Source of the DNA: an uncultured Alphaproteobacteria bacterium
Lineage (GTDB): Bacteria > Pseudomonadota > Alphaproteobacteria > Rhodobacterales > Rhodobacteraceae
Direction of reading: 5' to 3'
Assembly (NCBI GenBank): GCA_942492375.1
Contig: CALOEL010000018.1
Span: 22,706-86,705 of the forward strand
DNA length: 64,000 nucleotides
Shown here: positions 57,779-64,000 of the stretch, piece after piece
How the letters are laid out: the number at the start of each line of letters is the position of its first letter
Numbering within the stretch: position 1 is the first letter of the stretch
Program-made: the position numbers and the translations under genes
The notes under the pieces: generated by a model
The model's input: only the letters and a program-made list of their open reading frames with translations
Told to the model about the DNA's origin: nothing
Databases searched by the model: none

Positions 57779-58273
57779 TTATCGGAACGCCCGATGATCG
57801 GTCAACGCCCGGTATTCCCGCCAGACCAGCCCGATCACCACGAGATCGAACAGCGTCAATGCGATCAGCCCCCAGGACGGCGCGAAGGTGTATCGGTAGA
57901 CCTGGTAGCCGATGAACGCCAAGAGCACCGCGATCGACGCGGGGTAGGCCCAAACCACCCGCCGCGCCAGCGCGAGCACCATGGCGAGCTTCACGATGCC
58001 ATGACTGGCAAGGTAGAAGGCGTAGAAATGCTGCGTCTGAACCGAAAACGCCCCGGCCAGGTCCAGCAGGAAACGCGCCACGACATCACCCGGGTCCTCA
58101 CTGATCTCGTGCAGGGTCAGTTGCTGCACCAGCGCCAGCGTCTGGCTGGTATCCACGAAATAAAGGGCGATGCCGGACAGAAGTTCGACCGAGGCGAAAA
58201 CGCCCTTCAGCAGCAGGCTGACTTCGAACAACTGGTGAAGCCTGCGGCCAAGACTGGCGTCGCTGGAGGACAT
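57779..58273 (-). CDS. DUF2127-type membrane protein
   Basis: Internal ATG at 58273 (MSSSDASLGRRLHQLFEVSLLLKGVFASVELLSGIALYF...). Four hydrophobic spans, 164 aa. Confidence 0.65.
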   Translation of the reverse strand: MSSSDASLGRRLHQLFEVSLLLKGVFASVELLSGIALYFVDTSQTLALVQQLTLHEISEDPGDVVARFLLDLAGAFSVQTQHFYAFYLASHGIVKLAMVLALARRVVWAYPASIAVLLAFIGYQVYRYTFAPSWGLIALTLFDLVVIGLVWREYRALTDHRAFR

Positions 58274-58281
58274 TCCCTGGG

Positions 58282-58785
58282 TCAATCCTTGCCGCGATAG
58301 GGCTCGACATATTGCAGGGCCATGTCCCAAGGGAAGAAGATCCATGTGTCCTGGCTGACTTCGGTGATGAACGTGTCGACCATCGGCCGGCCCGAGGGCT
58401 TCGCATAGACCGTGGCGAAATGGGCGTTGGGATAGAGCTTGCGCACCAGTTCCAGCGTCTTGCCGGTATCGACGAGGTCGTCGATCACGAGGATGCCGGT
58501 GCCGTCGCCCATCATCTCGGCATTCGGGGCTTTCAACACCGTGGCTTCGGCCTGGTCCTGGTGGTCGTAGGATTTCACGCTGATCGTGTCGACGGTGCGG
58601 ATGTCGAGTTCCCTTGCCGCGATCATCGCGGGCGCCATGCCGCCTCGGGTGATCGCCACGACCGCGCGCCAGGCGCCGTTGTCGGGACCGTGACCGTCAA
58701 GCCGCCAGGCCAGCGCGCGGCTGTCGCGGTGGATCTGGTCCCAGCTGACATGAAAACCCTTTTCGTGCGGCAGGCGGTCAGTCAT
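58282..58785 (-). CDS. gpt: Xanthine-guanine phosphoribosyltransferase
   Basis: Internal ATG at 58785 ([29 protein letters not shown]...[17 protein letters not shown] motif). 167 aa. Confidence 0.9.
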   Translation of the reverse strand: MTDRLPHEKGFHVSWDQIHRDSRALAWRLDGHGPDNGAWRAVVAITRGGMAPAMIAARELDIRTVDTISVKSYDHQDQAEATVLKAPNAEMMGDGTGILVIDDLVDTGKTLELVRKLYPNAHFATVYAKPSGRPMVDTFITEVSQDTWIFFPWDMALQYVEPYRGKD

Positions 58786-59596
58786 TGTTGACCGCCTTGG
58801 TGATATCGGGCGCATCGACCGCCTTCATGCCGATGGCGTGGTAACCGGCATCGACATGCAGCACCTCGCCGGTCACGCCGGAGCCGAGATCGGACAGGAG
58901 ATAAAGCGCCGACCGGCCGACATCGTCGATCGTCACGTTGCGGCGCAACGGCGAGTTGTATTCGTTCCACTTCATGATGTAGCGGAAGTCGCCGATGCCG
59001 GAGGCGGCCAACGTCTTGATCGGGCCGGCGGAAATCGCGTTGCAGCGGATGCCGTCCTTGCCGAGATCCTCGGCGATGTAGCGCACCGAGGCTTCCAGTG
59101 CCGCTTTCGCCAGCCCCATGACGTTGTAATGCGGCATGACCTTCTCGGCGCCGTAATAGGTCAGCGTCAGCAGCGAGCCGCCTTCGTTCATCATCGCGGC
59201 GGCGCGCTGGCAGACGGCGGTGAAGGAATAGACCGAGATGTCCATCGACATGTTGAAATTCGCGCGGCTGGTATCGACATAGCGGCCGCGCAATTCGGTT
59301 TTGTCGGAAAAACCAATGGCATGGACGACGAAGTCGATGCTGCCCCATTCCGACTTCAACCGCTCGAACAGCGCGTCGAGCGACTCTTCCTCGGACGCGT
59401 CGCATTCGACGACAAAGCTGGAGCCGAGCTGGTCGGCCAAGGGACCCACGCGCTTCTTCAGCTGCTCGCCCTGGTACGAAAACGCCAGTTCGGCGCCGGC
59501 ATCCGCGCAGGCCTTTGCAATGCCCCAGGCAATTGACTTGTCGTTGGCCAGGCCCATGATAAGTCCACGTTTGCCCGTCATGAGGTTCGTTGACAT
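58778..59596 (-). CDS. fabI: Enoyl-[acyl-carrier-protein] reductase (NADH) FabI
   Basis: [29 protein letters not shown]...[17 protein letters not shown]...AGPIKT. 272 aa. Confidence 0.95.
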   Translation of the reverse strand: MSTNLMTGKRGLIMGLANDKSIAWGIAKACADAGAELAFSYQGEQLKKRVGPLADQLGSSFVVECDASEEESLDALFERLKSEWGSIDFVVHAIGFSDKTELRGRYVDTSRANFNMSMDISVYSFTAVCQRAAAMMNEGGSLLTLTYYGAEKVMPHYNVMGLAKAALEASVRYIAEDLGKDGIRCNAISAGPIKTLAASGIGDFRYIMKWNEYNSPLRRNVTIDDVGRSALYLLSDLGSGVTGEVLHVDAGYHAIGMKAVDAPDITKAVNND

Positions 59597-59600
59597 TTCG

Positions 59601-59645
59601 GCCCCTTGTCCACCTTGTGTTGATTGACAAGGGTTTAGGACAAAG
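59601..59645. promoter_or_regulatory. Nested inverted repeats in the fabI/pdxH divergent region
   Basis: CCTTGT (59604), CCTTGT (59613), ACAAGG (59627), ACAAAG (59640). The 8-bp arms CCCTTGTC/GACAAGGG can pair. The fabI Shine-Dalgarno sequence (AAGGGG on the minus strand) lies inside the proximal arm. Confidence 0.4.
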
Positions 59646-59717
59646 CCGGCATCGCATCAAGGAAAAGGGCGCGGCCGGGACGGGGGCCCGGCCGGGGCAA
59701 GACGAAGAGGACATGAA

Positions 59718-60323
59718 ATGAGTGACAGAAGCGGGATCTTCGCAGGCGAAAATCCGTATGAGATAGCGCGCCGCTGGCTGGCGGAGGCGGAAGCGGCGGA
59801 GCCTTCGGACGCGAACGCGGTCGCTTTGTCCACCGTCGATGCGGACGGGATGCCCAATACGCGGATCGTGCTGCTGAAGGCCATCGAAGATACCGGGTTC
59901 GTGTTCTTCACCAATTACGAGAGCGTGAAGGGACGCGAATTAGACGCGAGCGGGAAGGCTTCGTTCGTGCTATACTCGAAATCGCTCGGCCGTCAGATCC
60001 GCGTTCGCGGAACGGTCGAAAAGGTGACGAAGGAGGAGTCCGACAGCTATTACAAGACGCGTCCGCTGGGCAGCCGGATCGGCGCCTGGGCATCGCAGCA
60101 ATCCCGGCCGCTCGCTTCTCGGGAAGAGTTGGTGAAAGCGGTTCAGGCGGCTGAGGCCCGGCATGGCCAGGATCCCGAACGGCCGGACCATTGGGGAGGA
60201 TTTCGTATCGTTCCACGGGAAATAGAATTTTGGGCGGCAGGCGAATACCGCCTGCACGACCGCTTCCGCTGGAGCCGTGAAAACCCCGATGGGAAGTGGG
60301 AGATTCACCGGCTCAACCCCTGA
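59718..60323 (+). CDS. pdxH: Pyridoxamine 5'-phosphate oxidase
   Basis: ...PNTRIVLLK...FFTNYESVKG...RVRGTVEKV...EFWAAGEYRLHDRFRW.... 201 aa. Confidence 0.9.
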   Translation: MSDRSGIFAGENPYEIARRWLAEAEAAEPSDANAVALSTVDADGMPNTRIVLLKAIEDTGFVFFTNYESVKGRELDASGKASFVLYSKSLGRQIRVRGTVEKVTKEESDSYYKTRPLGSRIGAWASQQSRPLASREELVKAVQAAEARHGQDPERPDHWGGFRIVPREIEFWAAGEYRLHDRFRWSRENPDGKWEIHRLNP

Positions 60324-60440
60324 CGCCGCCGCGACGTCAGCAGCCAATATGGCGGTTTTTTAGGGGATTCGGGCTTGAATGTTCGACCTTGTTGGCACAC
60401 CACTGTGCCGGCGGACAGAGCATATTCTGAAGTGGATACT

Positions 60441-60965
60441 ATGAGCGACAGGGGCGAAGTGCGCCGGGTCGTCGGCCATGTGAAATGGTTCGATCCGGTG
60501 AAGGGATTCGGTTTCATCGTCTCGGAAGAGGGCGGTGAAGACATCCTGCTGCACGCGAATGTTCTCAGGAAATTCGGACAGGGGTCGGTCGCCGATGGTG
60601 CGGCGATCGAGGCCGAAGTGCAGGAAACCCCTCGCGGGGTGCAGGCGCTTGAAATCCTCAGCATCGCACCGCCCGTCATCAGCGGTACGGACGACGACCT
60701 GCAGCAGGAGGATGGCGAGCGGGTAGACGACGAAAACGTTCCCGTCCAGCCTGCCCGGGTCAAGTGGTTCGACAAGGCCAAGGGGTTCGGTTTTGCCAAC
60801 GTGTTCGGCGAAACCGAGGATATATTCATCCATGTCGAGGTCCTGCGCCGTTCGGGATTTGCCGATCTGCAAGCGGGCGAGGCGATCGGGCTGAAAGTCG
60901 TCGAAGGCAAACGCGGCCAGATGGCTTCTTCGGTGCTGCCATGGGATGCGGCGGCGAAGCAATGA
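60441..60965 (+). CDS. Cold-shock protein with two cold-shock domains
   Basis: Internal ATG at 60441. Two CSD cores: GHVKWFDPVKGFGFI and ARVKWFDKAKGFGFA. 174 aa. Confidence 0.85.
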   Translation: MSDRGEVRRVVGHVKWFDPVKGFGFIVSEEGGEDILLHANVLRKFGQGSVADGAAIEAEVQETPRGVQALEILSIAPPVISGTDDDLQQEDGERVDDENVPVQPARVKWFDKAKGFGFANVFGETEDIFIHVEVLRRSGFADLQAGEAIGLKVVEGKRGQMASSVLPWDAAAKQ

Positions 60966-61444
60966 CCATCTTCATACGATTCTTCGCAGCGGCAATGGCC
61001 CTGCTTGCCCTTGCGGCGCCGGGCCAGGCCGGGTGTTCCCCGGACCAGATCGAATTGCGCGGTGACTGGGGGCAGGCCCGGTTCGGCATCGAGATCGCGG
61101 ATGATGTGGATGAACGGGCGATGGGGCTGATGCACCGCGAGACCCTCGCCAAGAGCGCGGGCATGCTGTTTCTTTATGACCAGCCTCAGGCGGTGCGATT
61201 CTGGATGAAGGACACGCTGATTCCGCTGGACATGATCTTCATCGACAGGACCGGCGTCGTGACGCGCATCCACGAGAACGCGATCCCGCTTGACGAGACC
61301 GGCATCGACGGCGGCGCGGGAGTGCTGGGGGTTCTGGAAATCAACGGCGGGCTTTCCGGCGTGCTGGGGATCAGTGAGGGAAGCCAGGTGCGGCATCCAG
61401 CCTTCGATCAGGACACCGCGGCCTGGCCCTGCACCGAGCAGTGA
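60962..61444 (+). CDS. DUF192 domain-containing secreted protein
   Basis: ATGA overlap with the csp stop. Signal peptide MTIFIRFFAAAMALLALAAPGQA. ...GLMHRETL...GMLFLY...FWMKDTLIPLDMIF.... 160 aa. Confidence 0.75.
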   Translation: MTIFIRFFAAAMALLALAAPGQAGCSPDQIELRGDWGQARFGIEIADDVDERAMGLMHRETLAKSAGMLFLYDQPQAVRFWMKDTLIPLDMIFIDRTGVVTRIHENAIPLDETGIDGGAGVLGVLEINGGLSGVLGISEGSQVRHPAFDQDTAAWPCTEQ

Positions 61445-61560
61445 GACTGTCAGGGTCTGCGGCCTTGGACCAGCCTTCCCCTGGCCCGTGTCGCAATGGC
61501 TTGATAAACCGCTCGCAAGGGCTTCCCCTCCGCTCGCAATGCAATTATGAACTGCGCTGT

Positions 61561-61637
61561 CGGGGCGTAGCGCAGCCTGGTAGCGCATCTGTTTTGGGAA
61601 CAGAGGGTCGGGAGTTCGAATCTCTCCGCCCCGACCA
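61561..61637 (+). tRNA. tRNA-Pro (anticodon TGG)
   Basis: Manual cloverleaf: acceptor CGGGGCG/CGCCCCG, D-arm GCGC-AGCCTGGTA-GCGC, anticodon arm TCTGT-TTTGGGA-ACAGA, T-arm GGGAG-TTCGAAT-CTCTC, encoded CCA. Confidence 0.95.
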
Positions 61638-61720
61638 TTTCAAGCATTCAAACGGTCCTTTGCGACTCGACCTGTGGCTTTTTTTCCGCCGCTCCTGAAC
61701 GGCACGTTCGCCCCGCCGCC

Positions 61721-61729
61721 TGTGGATAA
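61721..61729. promoter_or_regulatory. Consensus DnaA box
   Basis: TGTGGATAA is the reverse complement of TTATCCACA, a 9/9 match. Confidence 0.5.
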
Positions 61730-61872
61730 CTTCACGACATCTCTTAGCCTTGGCGGATAAATCGCAGGGTTGAAACAGGAAATCGGATTCGACTTGCGGG
61801 CAGGTTCCGGGGCCGAGTCGATTGGTTAACGCGAGGCGACAGAACCGGGTCTTCGGGTCAACCTTAAAAAAT

Positions 61873-61881
61873 TGTGGATAG
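61873..61881. promoter_or_regulatory. DnaA box (8/9) flanked by direct TTAAAAAAT repeats
   Basis: ccTTAAAAAATTGTGGATAGATTAAAAAATcc. An AT-rich 30-mer within otherwise GC-rich DNA. Confidence 0.4.
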
Positions 61882-62159
61882 ATTAAAAAATCCGTTGACC
61901 GGCTGGGTCCCCATACGTCAGGTTGTGGAGGCCGGACGAAGCGACCACAAGATTTAGTGTCTAGTGGTTTGGGTGCCGGGAAGGTCGACAAGCAGAAACA
62001 TGCTGATTTCCCTTACGTCGGATGCTGGCATGGCACGGCGAGAGAACTGCCGTCGATCCCTTCCCGCAGGCTCTTCGACCGGCGCATCACCGGGTGTGGT
62101 CCGCACAAAGACGGATCGGCCTTTCGGAACGGACAGAAGTTACGGGGCAAGTCATAAAA

Positions 62160-64000
62160 ATGAAGATCGAAAGAAAATTTACCAAGGCAGGTAAGGACGC
62201 GTATGCCGAGATCGAATTCTCGACCACGACCTCCGAGATTCGCAATCCCGACGGCACCACCGTGTTCAAGCTGGAAGGCATGGAAGTGCCGCGCCGTTGG
62301 AGCCAAGTCGCCTCGGACGTCATCGCGCAGAAGTATTTCCGCAAGGCCGGCGTTCCCGCACGGCTGAAGGCGGTCAAGGAAAAGGGCGTGCCCGAGTTCC
62401 TGTGGCGCTCGGTGCCCGACACGGCTGCCTTGGACAAGCTGCCCGAGGACGAGCGTTTCGGTGGCGAGACCTCGGCCAAGCAGGTCTTCGACCGGCTGGC
62501 CGGCGCCTGGGCCTATTGGGGCTGGAAGGGCGGTTACTTCACCTCCGAGGCCGATGCCCAGGCCTACTATGACGAGATGCGTTTCATGCTGGCCACGCAG
62601 ATGGCCGCGCCGAACAGCCCGCAATGGTTCAACACCGGCCTGCACTGGGCCTACGGCATCGATGGTCCGAGCCAGGGCCATTACTACGTGGATTACAAGA
62701 CCGGCGAGCTGACCAAATCGGCCAGCGCCTATGAACATCCGCAGCCGCATGCCTGCTTCATCCAGTCGGTCGCCGACGATCTGGTCGGCGATGGCGGGAT
62801 CATGGACCTTTGGGTGCGCGAGGCGCGGCTGTTCAAGTACGGTTCCGGCACCGGCACCAATTTCTCCAGCCTCAGGGGTGAGGGCGAGAGCCTGTCGGGC
62901 GGTGGCAAATCTTCGGGGCTCATGGGGTTCCTGAAGATCGGCGACCGCGCGGCAGGCGCGATCAAGTCGGGCGGCACCACGCGCCGCGCGGCGAAGATGG
63001 TGATCTGCGACATGGATCACCCGGATATCGAACAGCTTCATCAACTGGAAGGTCATCGAGGAACAGAAGGTCGCCAGCCTCGTCGCCGGCTCGAAGATGC
63101 ACGAGCGCCAGTTGAACGAGATCTTCGCGGCGATCCGCACCTGGGATGGCAGCAGCGAGGACGCGGTCGATCCGGCGAAGAACGAAAGCCTGAAAGCCGC
63201 GATCAAGTCGGCGAAAAAGGTGCAGATCCCGGAAACCTACGTGAAGCGGGTGCTGGATTATGCCAAGCAGGGCTATACCAGCATCGAGTTTCCGACCTAC
63301 GACACCGATTGGGACAGTGAAGCCTATGCATCGGTCTCGGGCCAGAATTCCAACAACTCGGTCCGCGTCACCGATGCCTTCCTGAAGGCGGTGAAGGACG
63401 ATGCGGATTGGGAGCTGATCCGCCGCACCGATGGCAAGGTCGCCAAGACCGTAAAGGCGCGCGATCTCTGGGCCGATGTGGGGCATGCCGCCTGGGCCTG
63501 CGCCGATCCGGGCATCCAGTATCACGACACCGTCAACGCCTGGCACACCTGCCCGGAAGACGGCGCGATCCGCGGCTCGAACCCATGCTCGGAATACATG
63601 TTCCTGGACGATACCGCCTGCAACCTGGCGTCGATGAACCTGCTGACCTTCCTGAAGGACGGTGAGTTCCAGGCCGAGGATTATATCCACGCGACGCGGC
63701 TTTGGACGCTGACGCTGGAAATCAGCGTGATGATGGCGCAGTTCCCCTCGAAGGAGATCGCGCAGCGGTCCTATGACTTCCGCACTTTGGGTCTGGGTTA
63801 CGCCAATATCGGCGGCCTGTTGATGAACATGGGCTACGGCTATGACAGCGACGAGGGCCGCGCACTTTGCGGCGCGCTGACGGCGCTGATGACCGGCGTT
63901 TCCTATGCCACATCGGCCGAGATCGCGGGCGAACTCGGCGCTTTCGCGGGCTACGCCAAGAACGCCAAGCACATGCTGCGGGTGATCGAGAACCATCGCA
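62160..64000 (+). pseudogene. nrdJ: Class II (adenosylcobalamin-dependent) ribonucleotide reductase NrdJ, 3' end outside window, frame broken by a 1-nt insertion near 63036
   Basis: Frame 1: MKIERKFTKAGKDAYAEIEF...HACFIQSV...GSGTGTNFS...MVICDMDHPDIEQ. After an extra C at about 63036 the protein continues in the next frame, which my own translation shows open to 64000: FINWKVIEEQKVASL...GSNPCSEYMFLDDTACNLAS.... Confidence 0.85.

Noticed and set aside
60393-60409. Sigma54-like TGGCAC...TGTGC upstream of the cold-shock gene
   Set aside because: The GG-to-GC spacing is off by one from the -24/-12 consensus. The sequence is better described as a simple hairpin (GGCACA-CCAC-TGTGCC).
60305-61588. 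427-aa minus-strand ORF spanning csp, DUF192 and part of tRNA-Pro
   Set aside because: Antisense to two well-supported genes and overlaps a tRNA.
61864-61886. CtrA box (TTAA-N7-TTAA)
   Set aside because: The two TTAA motifs are separated by 15 nt, not 7.
61638-62159. Chromosomal replication origin (oriC), suggested by DnaA boxes plus an AT-rich stretch
   Set aside because: There are only one perfect and one 8/9 box 150 bp apart, and no array of boxes. None of the usual alphaproteobacterial oriC neighbours (hemE, dnaA, parAB) is present, and the AT-rich tract is only about 30 bp. A DnaA-regulated nrdJ promoter is the more economical reading.
61960-62159. Cobalamin riboswitch in the nrdJ leader
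   Set aside because: I could not find the conserved B12-box core (GCCACUG-like) or the usual GGUG...GGGAA...GCC architecture in the right order. B12 riboswitches normally control B12-independent isozymes rather than nrdJ.
62013-63996. 397-aa and 344-aa minus-strand ORFs
   Set aside because: Antisense to nrdJ, whose class II RNR motifs are unambiguous.
1-64000. CRISPR arrays, IS elements or transposases, integrases, prophage structural genes, toxin-antitoxin pairs, rRNA
   Set aside because: None was found on either strand. The only phage-like content is the lysis cassette at 34.6-36.1 kb. The tRNA-Pro has no adjacent integrase or direct repeat of its 3' end.

Overview
High-GC (roughly 65%) alphaproteobacterial chromosome segment. 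Gene content suggests Rhodobacterales: an alpha-type GTTC-N7-GTTC SOS box, a GTA-type 3TM holin, tandem gap paralogues and a two-domain cold-shock protein. About 60 tightly packed genes, mostly housekeeping. In order: cysI-DUF2849-cysG (sulfite reduction/siroheme), Lrp, P450, DctPQM TRAP transporter, a valine-catabolism set (mmsB, 3-hydroxyisobutyryl-CoA hydrolase, acyl-CoA dehydrogenase, mmsA) interrupted by a ybdK-like ligase, CBS protein, coaD, two gap genes, a GT92-like glycosyltransferase, tkt, DUF4164-zapA, grxD-bolA, purL, a low-GC ORFan, LysR plus a fused indolepyruvate:ferredoxin oxidoreductase, an acyltransferase, murI, argC, ccmE, a 4-gene lysis cassette, ccmF-ccmH, enoyl-CoA hydratase, gltA, gltX, comEC, lexA, moeA-moaC-trpC-trpD-trpG, a YibQ-like protein, a CDF transporter with a CmtR-like regulator, trpE, ppiD-like, aminotransferase, DUF2127, gpt, fabI, pdxH, csp, DUF192, tRNA-Pro and nrdJ (runs off the window). 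No CRISPR array, IS element, integrase or rRNA was seen. Items worth a second look: (1) a GTA/phage-type lysis cassette (GH108 muramidase, 3TM holin and two unannotated micro-ORFs) sitting inside the cytochrome c maturation cluster; (2) a three-copy structured intergenic repeat family; (3) a CmtR-type metal sensor paired with an atypical CDF transporter; (4) a compositionally atypical secreted ORFan; (5) single-base frameshifts in two normally essential genes (murI, nrdJ); (6) shared palindromic operators upstream of both gap genes; (7) DnaA boxes and a structured leader upstream of nrdJ. All product calls come from reading translations and recognising motifs. No database search was run. Many long ORFs in the supplied track are antisense or alternate-frame artefacts of high GC content and were rejected.
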